The position numbers were made by a program, and so were the translations under genes. From assembly GCA_045803545.1 (NCBI GenBank), contig JBJMOW010000005.1, positions 160,001 through 224,000 on the forward strand: DNA of 64,000 bases, given 5' to 3'. Of this stretch, positions 19,565 through 28,308 are shown one piece after another; the stretch's first letter is position 1; each line of letters begins with the position of its first letter. This DNA comes from Gemmatimonadaceae bacterium (GTDB lineage: Bacteria; Gemmatimonadota; Gemmatimonadetes; Gemmatimonadales; Gemmatimonadaceae). The notes beneath the pieces were generated by a model. That model was not told the DNA's origin. It worked only from the letters and a program-made list of their open reading frames with translations, and did no database searches.

Positions 19565-22228
19565 ATGCCGCAGGCAGTCTACTTCTTCGGCAACGGTTCA
19601 GCCGAGGGGACGCGAGACATGACGAGCGTCCTCGGCGGCAAGGGAGCGAACCTCGCCGAGATGACCAATCTCGGTGTTCCTGTACCTCCAGGATTCACGA
19701 TCGCGTGCAGCGAGTGCATCGAGTACCTGCGTAGCGGGAAGTATTCCGACAAGCTCCGCGCGGAAATCGAAGGCAATGTCGCGCGGCTCGAGCAGGGGAC
19801 GGGAAAAAAGCTCGGCGATCCAAAAAATCCTTTGCTTGTCTCCGTGCGATCGGGCGCGCCGGTATCGATGCCGGGCATGATGGAGACCATCCTCAATTTG
19901 GGTCTCAACGATCGATCGGTGGTCGGGCTCGCCGAGCAAAGTCAGAATTCGCGCTTCGCTTACGATTCGTATCGCCGGTTCATCCAGATGTATGCGAATG
20001 TCGTCCTCGGCGTACCGATGGCAGACTTCGAGCATCTGCTCAAAGCGAAGCGCATGACAGCCGGTGTCAGCTCGGACGCTGAGCTCGGTGAGACTGACCT
20101 CAGAAATCTCGTCGAGGAGTACAAGGCAGTCGTTCGCAACCGCACCGGCGAAGAGTTCCCGCGCGATCCTGTTGTGCAGCTGTGGGGCGCAATCGAAGCC
20201 GTCTGGAAGAGCTGGACTCTCAAGAAGGCACGTGATTACAGGAAAGTGAACGGGATCGCCGAGGATCTCGGCACTGCCGTCAACATCGTGGCGATGGTGT
20301 TCGGTAACCTCGGCGACGATTCGGGAACCGGCGTCGCGTTCACGCGCAATCCATCGACAGGCGAAAAGAAGTTTTACGGCGAGTTTCTCGTCAATGCGCA
20401 GGGAGAGGACGTCGTCGCCGGAGCACGCACTCCGCTCGACATCGACGAGATGGCGTCGAGGCTGCCCGAAGCGTATCGCGAATTGCTCGAGACGCAGCAG
20501 CGCCTCGAGCAGCATTACCGGGACATGCAGGATCTCGAATTCACCGTCGAGCGCGGCAAGCTGTATCTGCTGCAAACCCGCAGTGGAAAACGCACCGCCG
20601 CGGCAGCGGTGCAGATTGCGCGCGACATGGTGTCTGAAGGACTGGTCGACAAAACCGAAGCCGTTAAGCGCGTGCCGGCCGCGCACCTCGATCAGCTATT
20701 GCATCCGATCATCGACCCATCGATCAGCGCGACGCCCCTGTGTTTGGGACTGCCCGCGAGTCCGGGCGCCGCGAGTGGTCGCGCCGTCTTCGATCCGGAC
20801 ACCGCCGAGGTGCGCTCGCACTCGGGAGAGAGCGTGATTCTCGTGCGCGAGGAAACGACACCCGAGGATTTTCACGGCATTGTCGCAGCTCGTGCAGTGC
20901 TGACCGCACGAGGTGGCATGACCAGCCACGCTGCCGTCGTTGCACGCGGTATGGGCAAGTGCGCCGTCGTCGGGTGCAAGGACATCGACGTCGATGCCGA
21001 TCACAGGCTGTTCAGGGTCAACGGCACGCAAATAGTCGAAGGCGATTGGCTTACTCTGGATGGAGCAACCGGCCGCGTGTTCGCCGGCGACCTCTCGACG
21101 ATCCCCAGCGAAGTCGTTCGTGTGACCAGCGGCGCGTTGAGTCCGTCTCAGGCGCCGCTTTATCGTTCCTACGCCGATCTCCTGAGTTGGGCGGATGAAC
21201 TGCGCCGTCTCAAAGTGCGCGCGAATGCAGACACTCCGCGCGATGCGCGCATTGCGCGCAGCTTCGGCGCGGAAGGCATCGGCTTGTGCCGGACCGAGCA
21301 CATGTTCTTCGAAGGAGACCGCATCACGGCGATGCGCGAGATGATTGTCGCGCGTGAAGAAGGTGGCCGCCGTCGCGCGCTGGCCAAGCTGCTGCCGATG
21401 CAGCGTGGCGATTTCGAGGGAATCTTCGAAGCAATGGACGGCCTGCCCGTAACTATTCGTCTGCTCGATCCGCCGCTACACGAGTTTCTTCCGCACGGCG
21501 GCGAAGAGAGCAAGCTTCTCGCCCGTACTCTCGATATGCCGCGCGCAGATCTCAACCGCATCATCGAGTCCCTGCGCGAGACGAATCCGATGCTGGGCCA
21601 CCGTGGTTGTCGACTGGGTATTTCTTACCCGGAGATTACAGAGATGCAGGCACGCGCGATTCTCGAAGCGGCAGTTCGTGCCATGAGGCGCGGGATCGTC
21701 GTCAAACCGGAGATCATGATCCCACTCGTCTCTACCGTTAAGGAATTCGAGAATCAGCGCGCTATCATCGAGGACGTCGCCGAGAAGGTCCTCGGCGGAA
21801 TGGGTGAACGCGTCACCTATCTGATCGGCACGATGATCGAACTGCCGCGCGCAGCGCTCACAGCGGCACAGATCGCGCAGTCTGCAGAGTTTTTTTCGTT
21901 CGGTACCAATGACCTTACGCAGACGACAATGGGCCTAAGTCGGGACGATGCGGGCAGGTTCCTTCCTTCTTACATTGATCGGGGTATTTTAGCGGACGAT
22001 CCTTTTCAGGTGCTTGACACCGAAGGGGTAGGAAGACTCGTAAGGATCGCAGCTGAGGAGGGACGCAGAGTTCGTCCAAATATCAAGTTGGGGATCTGCG
22101 GCGAGCATGGCGGCGAGCCGCGCTCCATTTCTTTCTGCCATCAAATCGGTCTCGATTATGTATCGTGCTCTCCGTTCAGAATTCCAATCGCGCGCTTAGC
22201 CGCCGCTCATGCCGCTCTTGACGCGTAA
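19565..22228 (+). CDS. ppdK: Pyruvate, phosphate dikinase
   Basis: LGGKGANLAEM, SVRSGA..SMPGMM, GGMTSHAAVVARG (phospho-His), GLCRTEHMF, GICGEHGG. Confidence 0.97.
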   Translation: MPQAVYFFGNGSAEGTRDMTSVLGGKGANLAEMTNLGVPVPPGFTIACSECIEYLRSGKYSDKLRAEIEGNVARLEQGTGKKLGDPKNPLLVSVRSGAPVSMPGMMETILNLGLNDRSVVGLAEQSQNSRFAYDSYRRFIQMYANVVLGVPMADFEHLLKAKRMTAGVSSDAELGETDLRNLVEEYKAVVRNRTGEEFPRDPVVQLWGAIEAVWKSWTLKKARDYRKVNGIAEDLGTAVNIVAMVFGNLGDDSGTGVAFTRNPSTGEKKFYGEFLVNAQGEDVVAGARTPLDIDEMASRLPEAYRELLETQQRLEQHYRDMQDLEFTVERGKLYLLQTRSGKRTAAAAVQIARDMVSEGLVDKTEAVKRVPAAHLDQLLHPIIDPSISATPLCLGLPASPGAASGRAVFDPDTAEVRSHSGESVILVREETTPEDFHGIVAARAVLTARGGMTSHAAVVARGMGKCAVVGCKDIDVDADHRLFRVNGTQIVEGDWLTLDGATGRVFAGDLSTIPSEVVRVTSGALSPSQAPLYRSYADLLSWADELRRLKVRANADTPRDARIARSFGAEGIGLCRTEHMFFEGDRITAMREMIVAREEGGRRRALAKLLPMQRGDFEGIFEAMDGLPVTIRLLDPPLHEFLPHGGEESKLLARTLDMPRADLNRIIESLRETNPMLGHRGCRLGISYPEITEMQARAILEAAVRAMRRGIVVKPEIMIPLVSTVKEFENQRAIIEDVAEKVLGGMGERVTYLIGTMIELPRAALTAAQIAQSAEFFSFGTNDLTQTTMGLSRDDAGRFLPSYIDRGILADDPFQVLDTEGVGRLVRIAAEEGRRVRPNIKLGICGEHGGEPRSISFCHQIGLDYVSCSPFRIPIARLAAAHAALDA

Positions 22229-23411
22229 GCTGGCGCGCCAGCGCCATGTGGAGCTGATGCCGGCTGGATCGCTGCCGATGGCACGCGTCCAGCATGCACG
22301 TCCATTACGCATCGCACTTGTAACCGAATACTACTACCCGCATCTCGGCGGCATCTGCGAGCACGTGCACTTCTTTGCCCGCGAAGCGCGGCGATTCGGC
22401 CATCAGGTCGACATCATCACGTCGAACATTCCTGGTGCGCGGCCTGAAGCGCATGTTGTGCGCATCGGCAAAAGCCAACCGGTTTACGCGAATGGCTCGC
22501 AGGCGCGTTTCACGTGGGGATTCGAGCTGCGTAAGACCCTGCGACGCGTTTTCAGTCTCGGCCAGTACGACATCGTTCACGTGCACTCGCCACTGAGTCC
22601 GGTGCTGCCGGTGCTGGCAATCGAAGAAGCGGATTGTCCGGTCGTCGGAACGTTTCACACCTACTTCGACAATTCAGTCGCCTATGCCATCGGGCGGCGA
22701 TACTTCCAGAAGCGGCTCGATCAGCTCGCAGCCGCGATCGCTGTGTCTCACTCGACAACGATCGCGCTGAACAGATACTTCGAAGCGAATTGGACGATCG
22801 TTCCGAACGGAATCGATACCGACGTCTTCAATCCGCACGTTCCCCGCCCTGCCGCACTCCGCACCGATGTTCCGGTGATTCTCTTCCTCGGCAGATTCGA
22901 TCCGCGCAACGGTCTCACGACGCTGATCGAGTCGTTCCGTAAAGTTCGCGGCAGAAATCGACAGGCTCAGCTCGTTGTCGTTGGCGATGGACCGCTGCGT
23001 AAGCACTACTATCGAGCGGCAGGTGGCGATCCGGACATCACTTTCGTCGGCTCAGTACTCAGCGGACGACCCGGGTATTACGCGCACAGCGCCATGTACG
23101 CGTGTCCCACCACGAAGGCGTCCTTCGGCATCACCCTCCTGGAATCCATGGCCTGCGAGACTCCTGTCGTCTGCTCGGACATCTACGGTTTCCGCGACGT
23201 GGTGAAGCACGAGCGTGAGGCACTAATGGTGCACTGTGGCGATCAGGAAGCGCTCTCTGATTCGCTTGTCCGACTCCTCGACGACGAGACGTTGAGAGCG
23301 AGACTCGGCAAGCGCGGTCGCCAGGAGGCTCAGCAATATTCCTGGGCGCGCGTCAGCGAAGCGGTACTCGACATTTATACAGCGGTATTGGGGCGGGCCA
23401 CACACGAATGA
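22209..23411 (+). CDS. GT4 family glycosyltransferase, PimA/PIG-A-like (start probably further downstream)
   Basis: RIALVTEYYYPHLGGI, HVHSP, PNGID, LFLGRFDPRNG, SFGITLLESMA. Confidence 0.9.
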   Translation: MPLLTRKLARQRHVELMPAGSLPMARVQHARPLRIALVTEYYYPHLGGICEHVHFFAREARRFGHQVDIITSNIPGARPEAHVVRIGKSQPVYANGSQARFTWGFELRKTLRRVFSLGQYDIVHVHSPLSPVLPVLAIEEADCPVVGTFHTYFDNSVAYAIGRRYFQKRLDQLAAAIAVSHSTTIALNRYFEANWTIVPNGIDTDVFNPHVPRPAALRTDVPVILFLGRFDPRNGLTTLIESFRKVRGRNRQAQLVVVGDGPLRKHYYRAAGGDPDITFVGSVLSGRPGYYAHSAMYACPTTKASFGITLLESMACETPVVCSDIYGFRDVVKHEREALMVHCGDQEALSDSLVRLLDDETLRARLGKRGRQEAQQYSWARVSEAVLDIYTAVLGRATHE

Positions 23412-24097
23412 TCGGTTTTGCCTTGATCGGAGTCTCTGTGATTGGAGGCGTCATTCACGGCGCATTCCATCGCAACAGCGTCGTATTTGGACCGACGCTC
23501 GGGCGCATTCCAAGCGATCGCAAAGTTGTCGCGCTGACCTTTGACGATGGACCAAATCCTGACGCGACGCCGATCATTCTCGACACCCTCCGTGAGAAGG
23601 GCGTCCGCGCCACATTCTTTGTGCTCGGCAGTCACGCTGAGCGTTGGCCGGAGCTGGTGCAGCGCATCTCGCACGAAGGCCATCAACTTGGCAATCACGG
23701 CTACTTCCATCGCAAGCTCCACTTCAAGAGTCCGTTCTACGTCAGCCGTGACATCAAGCTGGGAATCCGTGCGATCAAGCGCGCTGGCGCGCCTGCGCCG
23801 CAACTCTTCCGCGCTCCTCATGGATTCCGCAGTCCGTGGACTACTCCGATCGCCAGCTCGTACGGTGAAAGAACAGTGGGATGGTCACTCGGTGTATGGG
23901 ACAGCGATCGACCCGGCGCTGAGGAAATCGTTCGACGGACTCTCGAGGGCGTCGAACCCGGCTCGATCATTCTGCTGCACGACGGCGATGGTTACAATCC
24001 GGACGGAGATCGGATGCAAACAGCGACTGCGCTGCCGATCATCATCGACCGTCTGAAAGAACAAGGCTACGAATTCGCGACGCTTCCTACTGAATGA
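23408..24097 (+). CDS. Polysaccharide deacetylase (NodB/CE4), N-terminally membrane anchored
   Basis: TFDDGP, NHGYFH, FRAPHG, ILLHD motifs intact; hydrophobic N-terminus. Confidence 0.92.
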   Translation: MIGFALIGVSVIGGVIHGAFHRNSVVFGPTLGRIPSDRKVVALTFDDGPNPDATPIILDTLREKGVRATFFVLGSHAERWPELVQRISHEGHQLGNHGYFHRKLHFKSPFYVSRDIKLGIRAIKRAGAPAPQLFRAPHGFRSPWTTPIASSYGERTVGWSLGVWDSDRPGAEEIVRRTLEGVEPGSIILLHDGDGYNPDGDRMQTATALPIIIDRLKEQGYEFATLPTE

Positions 24098-25188
24098 GCC
24101 CTAAGCTGAAGAAGGGGATTCGCTGGGGCCTCTCCGCGGCGATCCTCGTCTTCCTCATTCTTTTCGCCCGCACAATTGATTGGCACGCCGCGTGGAGCTC
24201 GATGCGGCACGCATCGCTGCCACTGCTCGCGGCAGCCATCGGCGTCAACCTTCTCTCTGTCATCATCAAGTCGGTCCGCTGGTGGTTGTTTCTGCGGCCC
24301 ACGGGCATCACCTCTCTTCCGCTCGCCATCCGCGCTACCGTCGCGGGCGCCGGCCTCAACAACATTCTCATCGCCAGTGGTGGCGATGCAGCGCGCGTCG
24401 TATTCGTATCGCGCGCGACCGGCGTAACAAGCTCGACGGTCCTCGCGACGATGGCGCTCGAGCGGTTGTTCGATCCAATCGGCTTCGTGTTCCTGCTTGT
24501 TTTCGGCGTGCTGGTGTTCGAGCTGCCTGCACAGTTCGAGGCGTGGAAAGTTCCCGCCGAAATACTTCTCGGTGTGATCGTGTTGGTGCTGGTGTTTTTC
24601 GTATACGCGACGCGTCGGATGAAGCCGGAGCACGTGCCGGAGCGCCGTGCAAAGCCTCGCACTCTCAAGGAAAAGATCCGCGTCTACTTCACGACGTTTG
24701 GGAGGACAGCGGGAAGACTGGCAACCGGACCGCGGTTCGTGGCCGCGATACTATTGTCTCTCGCCTCGTGGGCGTGTCAGCTGTGGACATTCGAGCTGGC
24801 CGCGGCCGCGGCGCACGTCAACATGCCACTTGCTGGTAGTCTCGCGTGTCTGCTTGCGATCAACGTCGGGCTGATCCTCCGCGCGACGCCCGGCAACGTG
24901 GGATTTTTTCAGTTCGCGTATGCTTTGATGGCAGAGCAGTTCGGTGTCTCGCGTGACAACGCAATCGCAGTTTCCCTGCTCATCCAAACGCTGCAGATAC
25001 TTCCGCTGACCTTGCTCGGGGTCGCCCTCGCCCCCGAGTTCATTCTGCGCCGCGGCAAGAGGGATGTGGAAACTGAGAAAGTTGCGAAGACGATCGAAGA
25101 GGAGAGGGCAACGCACGTCGGTCCGTTGTCCACCGCCGACGAAGTTTTGACACGCGCTGGCAAAGCCGGCGTCGTTTCGAAAACCTGA
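24094..25188 (+). CDS. Lysylphosphatidylglycerol-synthase TM / UPF0104 flippase-like membrane protein
   Basis: Multiple TM helices with family motifs RWW, GGDAAR, ERLFD, TPGNVG. Confidence 0.85.
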   Translation: MSPKLKKGIRWGLSAAILVFLILFARTIDWHAAWSSMRHASLPLLAAAIGVNLLSVIIKSVRWWLFLRPTGITSLPLAIRATVAGAGLNNILIASGGDAARVVFVSRATGVTSSTVLATMALERLFDPIGFVFLLVFGVLVFELPAQFEAWKVPAEILLGVIVLVLVFFVYATRRMKPEHVPERRAKPRTLKEKIRVYFTTFGRTAGRLATGPRFVAAILLSLASWACQLWTFELAAAAAHVNMPLAGSLACLLAINVGLILRATPGNVGFFQFAYALMAEQFGVSRDNAIAVSLLIQTLQILPLTLLGVALAPEFILRRGKRDVETEKVAKTIEEERATHVGPLSTADEVLTRAGKAGVVSKT

Positions 25189-25189
25189 G

Positions 25190-26485
25190 TTACAACTGAG
25201 CGCGCTGCAGGAAGCGAATGAATTCGGATGGATCGCGCGTCAGGCCTGAGAAGGTCGCGCGAATCTTCCCTTCCCCATCGACGATCGCGTAAAGCGGCAA
25301 GGCGACGGTTCCAAAGCTTTTTTCCTGAAATGCCTGCTGCTTCTCGTAGACTGGTCCTTCTCCGTCAGTGTACAGACGCGTGAGCACGAAGCGTTTGAGC
25401 TCCGCACTGACGTCCGGCCGGTTGAAGATATTGGTTTCCATCCAGCGGCAATTGGTGCAGGTGTAACCGGTAAAGTCGACGAAGACCAGCTTGCCCGATG
25501 TACGCGCGGAGCCGAGCGCGCGCGGGTAATCGTTTAGAATCCACGATTCCGCGCCGAGACTCGAACTCGAGACACCAGCAGCTGGAAGTCTCGGTGGGAG
25601 AAAAGCCTCGAGCTGCTTAATCGGTTTGCCGCGCACACCGGTGCCGAGCCAGATCGCAACCGACAGCGCAAGCACAACCGGCACGAGAGCGCGGACGCGC
25701 CGCGGGGATGGCTCGACGGTCCGCACACCTTTGCGCGCGAGATAGCCGGCGGCTACCAGCGCCAGTCCCACCCAAAGAGACAGCACGACTCCGCGAGTGA
25801 AAACCCCCCACCCGAGAACGAGGTCGGTGTTGGAAGCGAACTTGACTGCAGCCGCTACCTCGAGGAGTCCGATCAGCACACGCAGAGTTCTGATCCATTC
25901 GGCGCTGCGTGGCAAACGAGCAACGTATCTCGGGCCAACGGCAAGTAGCACAAAAGGAATGGCGAATGCCGTGGAGTAAACGAGCATCCCAACAACGGGT
26001 GTGAACCACGCTCCCTTCGCCGCCAGGACCAGCAGCGTTCCGACGAACGGCGCGGTACACGTTACGGATGTCAGGGTGAAGGTCGCGCCCATTAGCAGCG
26101 CGCCGAGCGAGCTGTCGCGCGAAAACTTCTGAGCGGATTTCTCCGCCGCCGTCAAGACTCGCCACGGAAGTCGCAGCTCCAGCCAGCCAAAAAGATTGGC
26201 CGCGAAAATAACAAATAGCCCTGCAAGGATCAGATTGACCGCAGGATCAGCAGCGAACCTCGTCAATCCCGAGGCGCCGAACACCGCCGCGAGTACGAGG
26301 CCAAGCACTGTGAACGTCCCGACGATGCCGAGACCGAACAAGAGGACTGCGGTGAAGCCGGACCGCCCGCGCTGATTATCCGATGAGAAGTACGCGACCG
26401 TGACAGGAATCATCGGGAAGACGCACGGCGTCAGCAGCGACAGAATTCCGGTGCTTGCCGCGAGCCACAGAAACGGCGCGCTCAT
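25190..26485 (-). CDS. DsbD/CcdA transmembrane domain plus thioredoxin domain (DsbD beta-gamma)
   Basis: LTPCVFPMIP and TCTAP membrane cysteines; DFTGYTCTNC CxxC motif. Confidence 0.9.
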   Translation of the reverse strand: MSAPFLWLAASTGILSLLTPCVFPMIPVTVAYFSSDNQRGRSGFTAVLLFGLGIVGTFTVLGLVLAAVFGASGLTRFAADPAVNLILAGLFVIFAANLFGWLELRLPWRVLTAAEKSAQKFSRDSSLGALLMGATFTLTSVTCTAPFVGTLLVLAAKGAWFTPVVGMLVYSTAFAIPFVLLAVGPRYVARLPRSAEWIRTLRVLIGLLEVAAAVKFASNTDLVLGWGVFTRGVVLSLWVGLALVAAGYLARKGVRTVEPSPRRVRALVPVVLALSVAIWLGTGVRGKPIKQLEAFLPPRLPAAGVSSSSLGAESWILNDYPRALGSARTSGKLVFVDFTGYTCTNCRWMETNIFNRPDVSAELKRFVLTRLYTDGEGPVYEKQQAFQEKSFGTVALPLYAIVDGEGKIRATFSGLTRDPSEFIRFLQRAQL

Positions 26486-26965
26486 CTACCTGATGCTGAC
26501 CTGGAGCGTGACGTGTAGGGTGTCAGTGCGCGGCGGCAAACACAGCTTGTCGCTGCACACCTGATAGCGCGCCGTCACCTGCACCTGCCGCGCGCCTCTC
26601 ACCGTCCGGCCCGGAACGGCTAGAGGGATCGTGAATCGCGGACTGCCGGAGTAAAGCTCGGTCGTCATTCCGAAATTCTTGTCGAAGTATTTTTCCGGCT
26701 TCGGCCCTTTAACAACGCCCCGCACCGCAACATCGCGGGCGCCTTGCACTGCGATGCTGAGGGGAATGGGTCCGCCAGTCCGTTGCGTAAGCGAATAGAT
26801 GTGCCAGCCCTTGGCGATGTCGGCCTGAACAGTCACCGGAATCGCCCGCCCGGCAATTACGGGGCGCGGCGCGTTACCGCCGACAAGGCTCCACTTGACG
26901 GGCTTTAGCGAGAGTGAGCTGGCCGCCAGCATAGACGGCGCGAGAAGCAGGATGAGCTTGGGCAT
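26486..26965 (-). CDS. Stand-alone DsbD N-terminal (alpha) domain, secreted
   Basis: Signal peptide MPKLILLL..., GWHIYS, YQVCSDKLCLPP. Start reassigned to ATG at 26965, with TATAAT 9 nt upstream. Confidence 0.85.
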   Translation of the reverse strand: MPKLILLLAPSMLAASSLSLKPVKWSLVGGNAPRPVIAGRAIPVTVQADIAKGWHIYSLTQRTGGPIPLSIAVQGARDVAVRGVVKGPKPEKYFDKNFGMTTELYSGSPRFTIPLAVPGRTVRGARQVQVTARYQVCSDKLCLPPRTDTLHVTLQVSIR

Positions 26966-27079
26966 TGCTATCCAATTATAACCCGATGGGCGCGATCCCT
27001 GCGTGCCTGCAGAAGCCGCTAGACTCTGATACCGCGGCCTTACCTGAGGTTCGCGAAACAGCATTGTCAGGAGGTTTTC

Positions 27080-27652
27080 GTGAGCCCGCAGGAGCACGTT
27101 CCCTGGTTCTTCGACGGCTGGTACTTCGTCGGTCGCTCGGCGACCCTCGCCTCCGTCGGGTTCATCGCCCTCATCATTATTCTGCGTTTCTCCGGCAAAA
27201 GAACGCTGTCGAAGATGAACGTCTTCGATTTCGTTTTTGTGGTAGCTGTCGGCTCTGTTTTCGCGGCCGCGATAATCGAAAAGGACGTCACGTTGGTTGA
27301 GGGATTGGTGGCATTGACGACCCTCGTTGTCGTCCAGACCATTCTGGCAGCGATCGCCGCCCGCTCGGAAAGATTTGAAATATTGCTCAATGGCGAGCCG
27401 ACCCTACTATTGTCTCACGGCAGATTCCTGCATCGAGCGATGAAGAAGGAACGCATCACCGAGGAGGAAGTCAGAGCCGCCATCAGAGAACAAGGTATAA
27501 CGCGAGTGGAAGATGTCGACGCCGTCGTAATCGAAAACGATGGCAGTCTGACAGTCGCGTACAATCGCAAGAATGCTGGTGGCAGCAGCCTGGTCGACGC
27601 CACAACCCCTGATAAGCATGAGCGGTCGCAAAAACACCGAAAGAAGGGCTAA
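27080..27652 (+). CDS. DUF421/YetF family membrane protein
   Basis: RFSGKRTLSKMNVFDF, GEPTLL, VIENDGSLTV; GGAGG upstream of the GTG. Confidence 0.88.
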   Translation: MSPQEHVPWFFDGWYFVGRSATLASVGFIALIIILRFSGKRTLSKMNVFDFVFVVAVGSVFAAAIIEKDVTLVEGLVALTTLVVVQTILAAIAARSERFEILLNGEPTLLLSHGRFLHRAMKKERITEEEVRAAIREQGITRVEDVDAVVIENDGSLTVAYNRKNAGGSSLVDATTPDKHERSQKHRKKG

Positions 27653-27713
27653 CCGAATAGCTCGACGGTTCATGATTTGCGATTGATTCAGTTCCCTCTT
27701 CGCAAGCCGTCGC

Positions 27714-28100
27714 GTGCAGCTTCAGACCGCAAAGAACTCGGGCTATCGGACATTCCTGGACGCGCGTGGCCGTCGGTGGGAAGTCTGGATGGTGCATCCA
27801 TCGTCCATTGAGCGGCGCAAGATGGAGCGACGCTCCCCGGTCGAGAATGCCGTGTTTCTTATCGAGCAGCGGGTGCTTGGCGATCGACGCTCGCATCTGG
27901 GAACGCGCGGGGCGGTCGCCACCCAGTACAGCAACGGCTGGTTGTGCTTCGCCAGCAATGGCGAGAAGCGGCGTCTGGCGCCGGTACCGGTCAACTGGGT
28001 CAGCGCCCCCGACACTCAAGTCGCCGAGTGGTGCAGGATCGCAACGCGCGTCCTCAAGTGCGGCCCGGTCTGGGATCCAAGCGACGACGAAAGCATCTAA
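27714..28100 (+). CDS. Small hypothetical protein with ERRxxERR/DRR motifs
   Basis: 128 aa ORF with protein-like content (G..WEVW, GWLCF, RRLAPVP.NW) filling the gap between genes. Confidence 0.7.
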   Translation: MQLQTAKNSGYRTFLDARGRRWEVWMVHPSSIERRKMERRSPVENAVFLIEQRVLGDRRSHLGTRGAVATQYSNGWLCFASNGEKRRLAPVPVNWVSAPDTQVAEWCRIATRVLKCGPVWDPSDDESI

Positions 28101-28308
28101 AACCTGCGGTGTTGCGGGCACGCAACGCTATCGCGCCCCGTTGCGTCGCTGCACATCGCGGCTCGCTTCCCTGAGGGCGTAAACCCCCAATACATATGGT
28201 CCCCGACTTGCCCACGCCCTAGCCTGGCGCGAAGCTGCGGTGCGCGCGCCACTGGGTCGGAACCGGTCGGTACCCGGCGCAGTCGGTTAGGACCGCTGGA
28301 AAGGTTAT

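Noticed and set aside
28225..28252. TGGCGC...TGC as a sigma54 promoter
   Set aside because: GG-to-GC spacing is 9 rather than 10 nt; the sequence is better explained as a TGGCGCG/CGCGCCA hairpin.
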